Assembly: GCA_963850305.1 (NCBI GenBank)
Contig: CAWKKR010000009.1
Coordinates: forward strand, 50,720-114,719
Reading direction: 5' to 3'
Length of the DNA stretch: 64,000 nt
DNA from: an uncultured delta proteobacterium
GTDB lineage: Bacteria > Myxococcota_A > Polyangia > Polyangiales > Polyangiaceae
Shown: positions 51,365-63,243 of the stretch, in pieces
Numbering within the stretch: position 1 is the first letter of the stretch
How the letters are laid out: each line of letters opens with the position of its first letter
The notes under the pieces: model-generated
Seen by the model: the letters and a program-made list of their open reading frames with translations, nothing else
What the model was told of the DNA's origin: nothing
Database searches by the model: none
Translations under genes and position numbers: made by a program

Positions 51365-53097
51365 AGCGCCGATCAGGTTGATTCCGGAAGGATGTCGATC
51401 ACTTCGGCGCAGGGGGATCGACAAGCGTCCCGCGGCATGATCTCGTGGGTGCCAGAGGTGCACGACATGGAACGATGGTCGCCCCCGGTTGATCTATCAC
51501 GGCAAGAGAAGCTGCTTATGAAGCGGTTGGTTCGCGTCCGTGCGTTGTTCGGATTTCTCCGATCTGCATCGACACGAGCTGTTCGACGAGGTGTTTCAAG
51601 AGCAGCTCGAAGGCATGTATCGGACGACGGGAGCGGGCGACCCGCCCCGCTCGCCGGGGTTGCTGTGCATGGTGGTGCTGCTCCAAGGTTACGTCGGCGC
51701 CTCCGATGCCGAAGCAGTGGAGCTGTCCCTGGTGGATCTGCGGTGGCAGATGGTCCTCGACTGCATGGGAGCGGTAGAGCCACCATTTTCTCAGGGCGGT
51801 CTTCAGGCGTTCCGCGAACGTATGATCGCACACGAGATGGATCGCGTACTGCTCGATCGGACGGTCTCGCTGGTTCGCTCTGGTGCGTTGTCGGAGGGGG
51901 AAGGCCGCTCGGTGTCCAAGGCACTGCGCGCCGCCGTTGATAGCCGCCCTTTAGCGGGGGCCGGGAGGGTTGAGGACACGATCAACCTTCTCGGGCATGC
52001 CGCACGAAGCATCGTGCAACTCGTGTCGAAACTTACCGAGCGTGCGCCGGAAGAGATCTGCCGCAAAGCAGGTATCCCGCTTCTTCTCGCGTCCAGTATC
52101 AAGGCCGGGCTCGACATCGATTGGAGTGACGCCAAGCAAAAGGCGGCGGCCGTCGAGGTCGTGGAACGACAGGTGTCTTCGCTGCAGCAATGGGTCGACC
52201 GCCACCTGGACGAAGTAGTTTCGGAGCCACTGCGCCCGTACATCGACGCGATCATCCAGGTTCGCGACCAGGACCTCGAAGCCACCGCGGACGGAGGGAC
52301 TCGCGTCCGGCAAGGAGTCGCACCCGACCGACGAATCTCCATCGAGGACGCGGAGATGCGTCACGGCCGCAAGAGCAGTCGAAGCGCTTCGATGGATACA
52401 AGGAGCATATCGCACGTGATCTCGACTTCGCGGCGATCGTCGCGTGTGCCGTGACGCCAGCGAATCGACCCGAGGAGGAGGGAGTCGTCCCGCTCGCCGA
52501 CGACATCAAGCGACAGCGACTCCGTCTCATCGAATTGCACATCGACCGCGCCTACGTGAACAGTCCCGTCGTGGACGATGTATTCGCAGCGGGAGGCACG
52601 GTGTTCGCGAAGCCTTGGGACACCGCGCCCACCGCCCCGGGCTGTTTTCCAAGAGCGACTTCAAGATCGATCTGCGAGCCAAGACTCATCACCTGCCCCG
52701 CCGGCGAGATGGAGATGTTCGAGCCGGGCAACACCGTCGAGTTCGACCCCGAGGCGTGCGGCGCCGTGTCCGCTTCGCGCTAAGTGCACCCAGTCCGCCT
52801 CCGGCAGCGGAAGCACCGTTTCCATCGCCGCCGACGAAGCTCGGCAGAGGAATTTTCGCAAACTCCAACAAACGAGTTCCGGTCGAGCGACACTCCGTCG
52901 ACGCACCGCCGTGGAGCACTCGCTCGCGCACATCGCTGCCCGCAAGGGACACACCGCGCTCGCTACGTTGGCGTGCGCAGAAACCTGTTCGACCTCAGGC
53001 GGGCCGCTGCGATCCAAAATCTAGAAGGCATCCACAGACTGATTCGAGAGGCGGCGTAACTCGTTGCAATCACTGCAAGGTCAACCTGTTCGGCGCT
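51365..53097 (+). mobile_element. IS1182/IS5-like element with CTAG target duplication; transposase (about 51468-53059) has several frameshifts
   Basis: IRs AGCGCCGATCAGGTTGA / TCAACCTGTTCGGCGCT; DAEMRHGRKS..FDGYK, TCPAG, RTAVEH motifs. Confidence 0.88.
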
Positions 53098-53775
53098 CTA
53101 GGGGGTGTGGAGGCCGCAGGTGCAAGGATCCGTGGGTATCGCGGTAAAGGTCGCGTCGTAGGACAAACATGTCCCTTCGGAACCGACCTGGCCTAGCTGT
53201 TTTCCAGTGTTTTGATTGTAGAAGACGATTCTAAAGCCGTCTATCCCTACGTAGATCACCGCGTTGTAGGTACCACATCGAGTTAGTTCTGCACCTGCCT
53301 CTACGAGTTGGCTCGATGGGCAAGATGGGAACTGGGCTACGGCGTCGGTCCACGTTATAGGCGGGGATGCTTGGATGGCTTGGCCGCCGATTTGGCCGCT
53401 GAGGCACGCGCACTCGCTCGCGCTCGCCGCAAGCGTGGGATCAAAGGGGAAATAGCCTGCAAGTACGTCTACAAGCTTTGCACATGCGACGGGGGGACCG
53501 GGCGGGGGAGCCGAGCTTTCTCCGTCCGCCCCGAGGTATCCCGAGTCAGCTGCGCTGCTGCCCCCCGTGCTGGCGTTGCCCGCTAGGCTCGTTGTATCGC
53601 CCTGACCGCTGGTGCCGCCGCTGCCAGTCGCGAGACCCCCTCCCGAACCTACGGTCGCGGCAGCGTTTCCGTTCCCGTCTGGCTCAGGTAGTGGCGACGA
53701 GCACGCATCAGCTGCCACCCCGATGAAAACGAGCAGGCCGACCGCGCCCACTTCGAAAATTCTTCGCTTCGCCAT
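53098..53775 (-). CDS. Hypothetical lipoprotein
   Basis: MAKRRIFEVGAVGLLVFIGVAADAC signal, Gly/Ser linker, Cys-rich domain; stop codon lies in the CTAG target site. Confidence 0.7.
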   Translation of the reverse strand: MAKRRIFEVGAVGLLVFIGVAADACSSPLPEPDGNGNAAATVGSGGGLATGSGGTSGQGDTTSLAGNASTGGSSAADSGYLGADGESSAPPPGPPVACAKLVDVLAGYFPFDPTLAASASECACLSGQIGGQAIQASPPITWTDAVAQFPSCPSSQLVEAGAELTRCGTYNAVIYVGIDGFRIVFYNQNTGKQLGQVGSEGTCLSYDATFTAIPTDPCTCGLHTP

Positions 53776-54069
53776 GACTTTCCTCCCGAGGGGGGACACA
53801 TTCCCTCCAGTTCGCTTGTACCAGATTCGGCGTGGTAAGATTGAAGCGATTCGATGGTGCGCGCACCTCGACTCCCTCCGCCGGAGGTCATAGCTGTTTG
53901 AGGGGGACCCGATCCTTCGGACCATCAGCAGGGTGGCGTAAGGTGGAGCCTGCTCGGGTCTGAGATCACCAGAGAACACAACGTCGTCGTGGTCGTCAAC
54001 CGGAACGACGCTTCGATCATCGAAAGTAGCCATGACGTTGCAGAACGCGTGCTGAGGGGGTCCAGGGGG

Positions 54070-55478
54070 CATCGCCGTTATCACCTCAGGCCGCACGTCG
54101 GAGCCGCGCCGGCAGGCATGAGCGGAAGTCGTGGATCTGACGTGGACGGGAGCGGTCGGTGTCAGCTCGCCAGTTTCCTTCCTCGTCTGCGTGGTCGAGG
54201 CGTTCGAGGATCCCGGGGAGGCGAGCGAGCAGGTCATGCAGCGTGAGGGGGAGCAGCGAGCGGATGAGCGCCGCCCACAGCAGCGAGGTCAGCTTCCACG
54301 GTTGGTGCGTCCACGGCGGGTCGTCGGCGTCGAGACGAATTCGACGGCTCCGGGGGGGAAAGCGCGGAGGCCGCCATCCGCTGCATCAGAAGTGCGAGAA
54401 GCACTTTTCCGTAGAGCCAGGCGTGTATCGTCTCGTCGAGGTAGTTCGGCAGGCGATCGAGGCCGCACAGAGACTTCCATCGTTTGAAGAGCAACTCGAC
54501 TTGCCAGCGCAGGCGGTAGAGCGCGAGGCAACGCTCGGCGTCGAGTCGGGACTTCGGCACCGTGGTGAACAAGACAACATAGCTTGCCGCTTCTCGGTCG
54601 AGGTCCGAGACGCGCGTGCCTCGCTCGCGAACGAGTCGAGCGCGAGCCTTCTCGGCTTGCGCCTCCGGGAGACGCATCACTACGAGCCGACCAGCGATCT
54701 TCTGGTCTCGTTCCTTGTCGTGGATGACGACAGGGATCTCGTGGGCCTGGTGTCCAGGCAAGAGACTGAGCCACGGCATCAACTCGAACGACTCGTCTTC
54801 GAAGAGGATCGGCAACGATCCGCGGTTGACGCGGACGAGCACGTCAGCGCCGCGCTCGACGACGTAGCCGATGCCGGGAGCGTTGCAGTAACCGCGATCG
54901 GCCACCGCGAGCTGCCCCTGCGTCCACGAAAACCGCTTGAAGGTCTCGCCGACGCTGATGCCTTCGACGCGAGCATCGAGCACGTCGAGATCCGCGATCC
55001 GCATCTGTGTGTGGATACGAGCATCGGTGGTCTCGGCGCCCGGGCCGCAAACCGCGGTGGCGTCCACGGCCACCACGTCGTAGCCCGACCATCGCTCGGG
55101 TGCGGCCTCGGAAGTGTCCACCATCTCGCCCACCAGTCGCCGCAAGTAGGGCACCGCCCGGAGGAGCTTCTTGTGAAGCCGAACGTGGCTCACCTCGGGG
55201 CCGCCGGACTCGGCCATCAGCGCCACCGTTTGGCGAAGGGGCAGGTCTGCTCCGACGTGCAAGAGCACCAGTCGAAGCAGGTCATCGGCGGTGCGGATCT
55301 TCGCGTTGCCGTACTGCAAATTCAGCTGCTTCAGCTCGCTCGCGAGCTCTGCGTAGTTCTCCGGCAGGAAGCCGCGGATCGTGTCCCAGTCGGTCGTCAC
55401 GTTGAGGCGGGAGTTGGCCATGCCCTCGCTGGTCGCACGAGGCGGGACTTATGGAAAAGAAAACTGCTAACAGCTATG
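54070..55478 (-). mobile_element. IS4-family element with 11-bp TSD GGTCCAGGGGG; transposase 54086-55421 has one homopolymer frameshift
   Basis: Ends CATAGCTGTTA / CATCGCCGTTA; TSD at 54059-54069 and 55479-55489; VDAT, ADRGY, YRLRWQVE. Confidence 0.95.
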
Positions 55479-55532
55479 GGTCCAGGGGGAGACTGACAAC
55501 TTGTGTGGACACTCCGGAAGCTGGGGACAACA

Positions 55533-56354
55533 TCACGCTGCCCTGTGGGCGACACCGCGATAGAACACATCGGGTGTCTGGTAGCCGAGCGCCTGGTGCG
55601 GGCGTTCGAAGTTGTAGAAATGGAAGTAGCGCCTGATGCCGGTACGGGCCTCGCCGAGGTCGTCGTAGGCGTGCAGGAAGACTTCCTCGTACTTGAGCGA
55701 CCTCCAGACGCGCTCGACGAAAACGTTGTCGATACAGCGCCCCCGGCCGTCCATGCTGATGGCGATTCCGGCCCCCCGCAGGACCTTCGTGAACGAGTCC
55801 GCCGTGAACTGCGAGCCCTGGTCGGTGTTGAAGATGTCGGGCTTCTGGAAGCGGCTGAGCGCCTCCTGGAGGGCCTCGACGCAGAAGCTCGACTCCATCG
55901 TGTTCGACAGCCGCCACGCGAGCACGCGGCGGCTGAACCAGTCGATGATGGCGACGAGATACGCGAAACCGAGGGCCATGGGGATGTACGTGATGTCGGC
56001 CGCCCACACCTCGTTCGGCCTGGAAATAACGCGGTTCCTGAGCAGGTACGGGTAGACCGGGTGCTCGGGGCTGGGCTCGCTCGTACGAGGCTTCGGCGCG
56101 ACCGACACGAGCCCCATGAGCGTCATCAGACGCTGCATGTGCTTCCGGTTCACGTCGACCCCCTCGGTGTGCAGACTCGCACAGAGCTTGCGGCTCCCGT
56201 AGAACGGCCACCGGAGGTGGAGTTCGTCGATGCGCCGCATGAGAGCAAGTTCCTCGCGGCTGGTGCGCACCGGCTCGTAGTACAGGCCGGAGCGACCGAC
56301 GCCGAGAAGCTCGCACTGTCGCCGGATGGAAATCTGTTCCTGACTCTGGATCAT
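55533..56354 (-). CDS. IS3 OrfB transposase
   Basis: [37 protein letters not shown]. Confidence 0.95.
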   Translation of the reverse strand: MIQSQEQISIRRQCELLGVGRSGLYYEPVRTSREELALMRRIDELHLRWPFYGSRKLCASLHTEGVDVNRKHMQRLMTLMGLVSVAPKPRTSEPSPEHPVYPYLLRNRVISRPNEVWAADITYIPMALGFAYLVAIIDWFSRRVLAWRLSNTMESSFCVEALQEALSRFQKPDIFNTDQGSQFTADSFTKVLRGAGIAISMDGRGRCIDNVFVERVWRSLKYEEVFLHAYDDLGEARTGIRRYFHFYNFERPHQALGYQTPDVFYRGVAHRAA

Positions 56355-56368
56355 GGCTCGACGCTCCT

Positions 56369-56653
56369 TCAGCGACGTCGCTCGAGCCCGTGCGATAAAA
56401 AATCGCGTTCTACCGTCAGCTCGCCGATCTTCTTCAGCAGCTCGTCCTCACGCTCCGTGCCGCCACCGGGCTCGCTGCCACGCTCGAACACGGTCGATGC
56501 TCGCTCCAGGAACTCCTTCTTCCACTTGTAGATCTGGTTGGCATGGACCCCGTGGCGTCGGGAGAGCTGCGGGACAGTCTCTTGCTCACGGATGGCGGCC
56601 AGCGCCACCTTGGCCTTGAATGCTGCGCTGTGACGGGTGCGGGTGCTTTTCAT
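56369..56653 (-). CDS. IS3 OrfA
   Basis: HSAAFKAKVALAA..GVHANQIYKWKK..KIGELTVERDFL. Confidence 0.95.
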   Translation of the reverse strand: MKSTRTRHSAAFKAKVALAAIREQETVPQLSRRHGVHANQIYKWKKEFLERASTVFERGSEPGGGTEREDELLKKIGELTVERDFLSHGLERRR

Positions 56654-56731
56654 GATTTCTGCTCCTTTTTCGAGGAGCAGGCGCCACCTACACCACCTTA
56701 GCTGCTGGTCCGAATTTTGGGGTCCACTTCA

Positions 56732-57385
56732 TTCGCCCACCGGCATACACGCCCGTTGCCCTACCTCTTCTCGGATCGCGAGATCGGGCAGCTGCTCGCG
56801 GCGACCGCCCGGCTCCGGCCCCGCGGCTCCCTCCGCCCCCTGACGTACTTCACCATCTTCGGGCTTCTGGCCGCCGCTGGATTGCGCGTCTCGGAGGCAC
56901 TCCACCTGGTCCTGGATGACATCACCGCGGACGGACTACTTGTCCGCCAGACGAAGTTCCGCAAGAGCCGCCTGGTGCCGCTCCACGAGACGACGTCGGC
57001 TGCTCTGGATGCGTACCTCGCGCAACGACGCCCCGTGGCACGCCGTGAAGCGCACGTCTTCATCTCCACGACCGGTCGGGCCCTCACGTATCCGATGATC
57101 AACGGGACGTTCCATTTCCTGCTCCGGTCCGTGGAGCTCCAGGCGCCCGCGGGCGGGCTGGCGCGCGCGCCCAGGATTCACGACCTACGCCACCGATTCG
57201 CGATGCGCGCGCTGGAGTGCGCAGCCGGCGACCGTCACCGCATGGCGCAGCATGTGCTGGCGTTGTCTACCTATCTCGGCCACGCCCACGTGGCCGATAC
57301 CTACTGGTACTTGCACGCGACCCCACACTTGATGCGCCACATCGCGGATGCCTGCGAGGCAGGCAGCGCCGGAGCCACGCCATGA
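56732..57385 (+). pseudogene. RIT-type tyrosine recombinase (second gene), 5' end truncated by IS3
   Basis: GLRVSEAL, TKFRKSRLVPLH, HDLRHRFA, LSTYLGH..TYWYL. Confidence 0.88.
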
Positions 57386-58374
57386 CGGCCCTCGCCCCCC
57401 ACATCACCGCCTTTCTCCGCCAACGCCTGCCAGTGGAGCGGGCGGCCAGTCCGCATACGTGCGACACGTACGCGTATGCGTTCCGCCTCCTGTTCGCGTT
57501 CGCGAGCCGGATGCTGCGCGTGCCCCCATCGGGTCTGCAACTCGAACACCTCGACGCGCAGCTGGTGCTCGCGTTCCTCGCAGATCTGCAGACCTCCCGG
57601 AACAACAGCCCCCGCACCCGCAACGCCAGGCTCACCGCGATCAAGTCGTTCATGCACTTCGTGGAACATCGCGTTCCCGGCTCGCTCGAACAGATCCGGC
57701 GTGTCCTGGCGATTCCAAACCAGAAGACTGACCTGCGGCTGGTCGAGCACCTCGACGCGGCGCAGTGCCAAGCCATCCTCGATGCGCCCGATCCGACGAC
57801 CCGGGCCGGAATCCGAGACCGCACGATGCTTCATGTCTGCGTCACAGCCGGATTGCGCGTGTCCGAGTTGGTCGGGCTGCGGCTCGGCGATGTGACGTTC
57901 ACCGCGCGCTACGTGGACCTGCGCGTCCGGGGCAAGGGCCGCAAGGAACGAATCCTCACTCTCTGGAAGTCCGTCGCCGATTCCGTGCGGGCCTGGTTGG
58001 CCGTGAGGGGCGAGGCACCGGTCCCCGAGCTCTTCCTCAACGCACGCGGCCGGGAGATGACACGCGCCGGCTTCGAATACCTCCTACACAAGCACGCAGT
58101 CGCCGCCGCTCGCACGCGGTGTCCCGCGCTGCGGGGCAAGCGGATCTCCCCGCACGTGCTCCGACACACCTGCGCGCTCAACGTCTTGCAGGCGACGGGC
58201 GACATTCGCCAAGTCGCCCTCTGGCTCGGGCACGAGAGCATCCAAACCACCGAGGACTACCTCCGCGTGGACGTGACACAGCGGATCAGCATTCTCGCCG
58301 CCGTGACGCCGCCCCAGCTGCGACCGGGTAAGTTCCGCCCGCCGGACGCGCTGATCGCGTCACTCACCGGCTAG
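57382..58374 (+). CDS. RIT-type tyrosine recombinase (third gene)
   Basis: TRNARLTAIKSF, GLRVSEL, GKGRKER, PHVLRHT, WLGHESIQTT..Y; ATGA coupling. Confidence 0.92.
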   Translation: MTALAPHITAFLRQRLPVERAASPHTCDTYAYAFRLLFAFASRMLRVPPSGLQLEHLDAQLVLAFLADLQTSRNNSPRTRNARLTAIKSFMHFVEHRVPGSLEQIRRVLAIPNQKTDLRLVEHLDAAQCQAILDAPDPTTRAGIRDRTMLHVCVTAGLRVSELVGLRLGDVTFTARYVDLRVRGKGRKERILTLWKSVADSVRAWLAVRGEAPVPELFLNARGREMTRAGFEYLLHKHAVAAARTRCPALRGKRISPHVLRHTCALNVLQATGDIRQVALWLGHESIQTTEDYLRVDVTQRISILAAVTPPQLRPGKFRPPDALIASLTG

Positions 58375-58460
58375 ACGAATATGCGAAGCGGTCGCCGAGC
58401 CCGATCGCCGCCCGACGCTTGGCGCTCGTGTTGCTCAGCATATTCCATCACTCCGCATAT

Positions 58461-58765
58461 CCCCTCATCTTGCACGAAAAGGCCACGACGATCTGGCGGT
58501 GACACGCGCGACATTCGGCGCGTCCGAATCCGTGCGCCAGGATCCCGCAGCGCAGGTAGGCGCGTAGCTCGCGCTCGACGTACGTCGGGAGCGGGCGATC
58601 GTGCTTCTCGCGGGATTCAGCGAGGAACGTCTCGAGGTGCTCGGCGACCAGCCGGTAGAGCAACGTCTCTTCGGGTCGGTGGCGCTCGTAGCCACGTTGC
58701 CGGCGGTCGACGGAAGACCCCGCGAGGTCGGGCACGACCGGTCTCGACAGCGAGGACCGGGCCAT
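58461..58765 (-). pseudogene. IS91-family transposase N-terminal Zn-binding fragment, interrupted by the RIT element
   Basis: YLRCGILAHGF..CRAC...VAFSCKMRG, cut before the expected CPSC. Confidence 0.85.
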
Positions 58766-59603
58766 GAACGAAGGTCAGCGATTCCCCCGTGTCTCGGGTG
58801 CCCTGACGGTGGCCAACGCCGGGGTCGCGATGGCGAGCCGCCACGACGACCTCGGAGAAAGTCGCGTGCGAGACGGGAAACGGCGGCGGCGAACTGAACG
58901 AGGGAGGGATCGCGCTCGGCGAGGGCGTCGTCGACGGAGAGAGCTTCCCGCGATGCTCGTCTCGTGCCGCCCGTGCTCGACGACGGGGCGTCAGCGACGT
59001 GACAACCGGCCAGGCAGATGGACGCGGCGCGTCGAAAAGCTAGCGTCACGGAATTCCTCCATTGCCTGGGCTCGCGTAGCTGCTGCGACGGCCGCCGAGT
59101 TCATAATGTCCCATTACCGGACAACGTCACCGCGGCGGGCTCGGGCGCCGCACACATTCCCCTACACGCCCTAATCTTAGTGCGATAAGGTTGGACGGTC
59201 AAGGGGCGATCAAGGGCAATCTAGAGCCTTCAAACGACGCTGTTCGACATCGAAACGCGAGGTAGCAAGCGAGGCTTAAACGTGGCTCGATGCGTGGCTC
59301 AAGCAAGGTAACAAGCGTGGCTTTTTGTGGCCTTTTACCACGATTTTTCCATGGATCCGGGCTTGGCTGCATTCCATCCTCGGAATGGACACTTTAAGAA
59401 CCCTTATCGAGGGCATCCGGGAGCGTACGGCAGGCCCACGACCCCCGCGCTCACGCGAGCCCGGCCTCGGCGCGCTGTCGGCGGATGTCTTTTCCGAGGC
59501 GGCGTCGCCCGCGCCGCGTCGTCGAGCGCGACGGGCGGCACGACAGCATCGCGGAAGCCGTCTCCGACGACGAGCTCGCCGGGCGCGATCCCACCCTCGC
59601 CGG

Positions 59604-62320
59604 TCAGCGCCGCATGAACCCGCTCGTGGGGCTCCCGCGCTGCGCGATCTGGACGTCGTATTGAAAGCGCATCGGGAAGTCGAGGCCGGCCTGGTCGGCG
59701 GGTACGTGCACGACCTGGACGTCGCTGGTCAGCCGGTAGGCACCGAAGGCTTCGCCGTCGTCGTTGACGTAACCGTCGTCGTCGAGATCGGTGCCTGCGG
59801 CGAGCTCATAGTCGCCGGGGGGAACGTCTGGCAGGGTGAAGGCATAACCCACACCGCCGGTCGTGCTGGTTTGGGCGACGACGACTTCTGTCTTCGGATC
59901 GACGAGAAGGACATACACGAGCCCGAGATCCCCGCCCTGGATTCCGGTAGAGGATGGCACGGTGACGCGGACCGTGACGGTCTCGGTTCCCCCGTTGCTC
60001 GTCACCGTGATGACGGCGGAATACGTCCCCGGTGCGAGCCCGGTTCGGTCGACCGTGACGGTGTTGTTCCCGGCGGCGCCCGGCGACACGCTGACCCACG
60101 GTTGATCGGCCGTCATGCTCGTCACCGCAAGCGCGCCTCTGCCGGCGTTCGTCGCATCGAGCGGAAGCGTGTCGTCGAGGACGCCGAAGTCGAGCGTCGT
60201 CGTCGACAGGATCAGGGCCGGCACCTGGGGCACCGGCATCGACGCGAGGTCGAGCGCGGCGAGGACGGCGAGGTTCGCGTTCAGGAGGCCGTAGCCGTAC
60301 GAGTCGTCTCTGCCCGGCGGTCCGAGGTCTTCGGTGATGGGCGACGTGCCGGCGGTTCCCGCGATGAGGTGGTCGAAGTCGGCGGGGCTGAGACCCGGAT
60401 AGGCGGCGCGCATCAACGCGACGATGCCGGAGACGTGGGGACTCGCCATGCTCGTGCCCTCGTAGGTCGTGTAGAGCGTCGTTCCCCCGTTGCCGTAGAT
60501 GAGGCTCATCACACCGTCCGGGACGCCGTCGCCGTTGAGGTCCGTCGAGTCGTCGCCACCCGGTCCGACGACGCCGAGCACGCTGCCATAGTTCGAGTAC
60601 CACGCGACGTGCTTCGTCAAATCGACCGCGCCCACGGCGACGACACCTGGCTCTCCCGCTGGGCTGTAATAGGTCGCGTCGGTCGTGTCGTTGCCCGCTG
60701 CCGCGACGACGATCGTCCCCGCGGCGCGAGCGGCCGCGACCGCGTCGGCCGTGACCTGACTCCTGCCGGGTGAACCCAAACTCAGGTTGATGACATCCGC
60801 ACGGTTGGCGGGGAGCACGTTCGCGTCGTTCTGCAGCCCTGCGGAATAGAGGATCCCCTGCACGATGTCGTCCGTCGTGCCGCCGCCCACGCCGAGCACC
60901 CGGACCGGAAGGATCTTCGCGAGCGGTGCGACACCCGCGCAGCCGAGGGCGTTCCCCGTCGCGGCCGCCACGGTGCCGGCAACATGAGTGCCGTGCCAGC
61001 TCGAGTCGTTCGCGAGCGCCCGATCGCCCGGGTCGTCCGAATTCGCGTCGCGCCCGTCGCCGTCGGCGGCTTCCACCGGATCCGAGATCATGTCGTAACC
61101 GGCGAGCAGCTGGCTCGACTGATCCGTGTTCACGAAATCCGGGTGCGCTTTCTTCACGCCGGTATCGAGCACCGCCACGATCGCACCGGAGCCCGTCGAG
61201 TGATCCCAGGCATCCAGCAGACTGATCTGGCCGTAGTTCCACTGGACCGGGAACAGCGGATCGTTCGGCGGCAGAGCGCTCCGCTGGCGCACGTAGTTCG
61301 GCTCCGCATGAAGGACCTCGGGCGCCCGACGGAGTCGCTTCACAGCGGAGAGCGTCGCGTCGCGTCCGAGCACGCCGCCCGCGCAGACGGATTTCGTCCC
61401 GGGTGTCGCGTCGACTGCGACGCGGTAATAGCCGATCGCGTTGCTCGCCGTGGTCAGTGGCCGCACACCGAGCCGGCTGAAGTCGCTGGAGGTTCGCGGC
61501 GCTCCCGGGCGAAACGTCACCAGCGCTTCGCCATCGACGATCGGCCACATCGCGCTCAGCCTGTCTCTCGCGGTGTCGAGCAACGCCTGCCCCGTGGGTG
61601 ACGTCCCCACCGAGAGCGTGTAGAGCCCGCTCTCCCGGGCGGCCGCGACCACGGCAAGGTAATACTTGCCCGCGGCAGGCGTTCGAACGACCTCGATCGG
61701 TCCGGTGCCCGTCGAGCTGTCGACGAGCTTCCCGTTCGCATCGTAAAGCCCGAGGTCGAAATCGGGGAGCGGCGAGCCATCGCTCGGTGCGCCGATGTAC
61801 AGAGTCGCGCTCTGACCGTTCCCGAGGTCCGCGACGTAGAAGTCGCTGGTGTCGAAATCCTTTCCGGTGGCACCGAGGAAGCCGCCAACCAGACTCTGAC
61901 TGGCGATCGGCTGCGCCGTGGCCCTCGTGTCGTTCGCGACGAACGTGCGCCCCGGATCCGCAGTGTCGCTGTCCACGAACATGAGACTTCCGGGCTGCAA
62001 TCGTCCACTGACCATGAACCCGCCCGCGTCGAGTGCCGCATCGAGGGCGGCGTGTCCGGCATCGAGCGGCCCAGCCGCTGCGCCCTCCAGGGAGGAGCTG
62101 GCGTCGTATGTCTTCGTTCCCGAGTCGACTGACTCCGTGGCGGCATCGAGTGCCGCGTCGGGGGCGATGCTGGCATCTGCGATGTGCGCGGGGGCTGCGT
62201 CCGCGGGCCGAGTGTTTCTGCCAGAATCGTAGAAGGGTCACCCGAGCACCCGACGGCGCTCAACAGCGCCGCGCACGAAAGGAGCCGTGCGCTCGACGAA
62301 AACGGCCGCACCGCGGGCAT
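59604..62320 (-). CDS. S8 subtilisin-like peptidase lipoprotein with PPC and BACON-like domains (frameshift near 62215)
   Basis: VAVLDTG, HGTHVAGT, AAAGND, GTSMASPHV catalytic motifs; lipobox LSAVGC in the upstream frame. Confidence 0.9.
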
Positions 62321-62578
62321 CGGCGCGAGCCTAGAGCGACGCGGCGCGCCGTGAAACCGATCTCTTCGCGAGCGCGGTCGAGCTTTCATTTCCCAAGTCT
62401 CGCACCTTGTTGCCCCTTGCGATCGTGCCCGTTGCAAGCCATCGGGGGACCGGATACCGTCCGCGTCGGGGAGTGGTGATGCGGGAGAAGTGGCGAGGAG
62501 CTGAGGCAGTGATCTCTGGTGGACCAGCGGTCCACGGAGGTCAGCGGCGCGTATCCCGTCTTGCGCCGCCTCGAAGCG

Positions 62579-63232
62579 GTGAAGTGCCTCGTCGTCGAAG
62601 ACGAACGCCAATCTTCGCCAGCGTCGAAAAGCGCTTTCTCGAGACGCTCGGCGCCGTCGTCACCGTAGCGCGAAGACGTCACGGTCGCCCTGCGTTCCCT
62701 GCGCGCACAACCGTGGGACTCTCGTCATCGTCAATCTTGGCCTTCCCGATGGGCGAGGGGAGATCGTCGTCGAGCACGCCGTCACGGTCAGCCCGCGCCC
62801 AGGAGTCATCGTCGTCTCCGGCATCCTCGAGCCGCATCAGCCCACGCGACTCCACGACATGGGCGCGTTCGTCGTTCAGAAGAGCGCCTACGCAGAGGAG
62901 ATCGCCGCGACGGCTCACGCCGCGCTCCTCGACGCGCGGAGCTCCGGGTCGCTCGTGCCACCCGCCGTCTCTGACGAAGATACTCATAGGCAGCAGTGTC
63001 AGGGCTTTCTGCGCTCCGTCACCAGCTCTCGCCGAAACAAGGCTGCATGCTCGCGCTCCTGGCCGCCCGTCGCAGCAACAAGCAAATCGCCACGGAGCTC
63101 GGCATCACCGAAGAAACCGTCCGCGTCCAATGGGGCCGAGTGCTCACGAAGATCGGCGTCAAAGCCGCAAGCAAATCCCGAGAAACCGTCCTGTTGGAGT
63201 TCGCGAACTACTGCGCCGAGAACCGACGCTGA
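62579..63232 (+). CDS. NarL/LuxR-type response regulator, multiply frameshifted (probably sequence errors)
   Basis: VKCLVVEDE receiver start; LSPKQ..SNKQIATELGITEETVR HTH. Confidence 0.65.
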
Positions 63233-63243
63233 GTGCGTCGGTG

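Larger units (their letters stand above)
53899..56731 (-). mobile_element. IS3-family element interrupted in its right non-coding end by IS4
   Basis: TG...CA ends: TGAGGGGGACCCGATCCTTCGGACCATCAGC versus TGAAGTGGACCCCAAAATTCGGACCAGCAGC. Confidence 0.92.

Noticed and set aside
53776..54237. N-terminal extension of the 379-aa ORF 53098-54237
   Set aside because: The extension runs through IS3 and IS4 sequence; the real gene most likely starts at 53775.
59385..59415. IS91 oriIS-like end
   Set aside because: Only weak resemblance, and on the wrong side relative to the IS91 transposase fragment.
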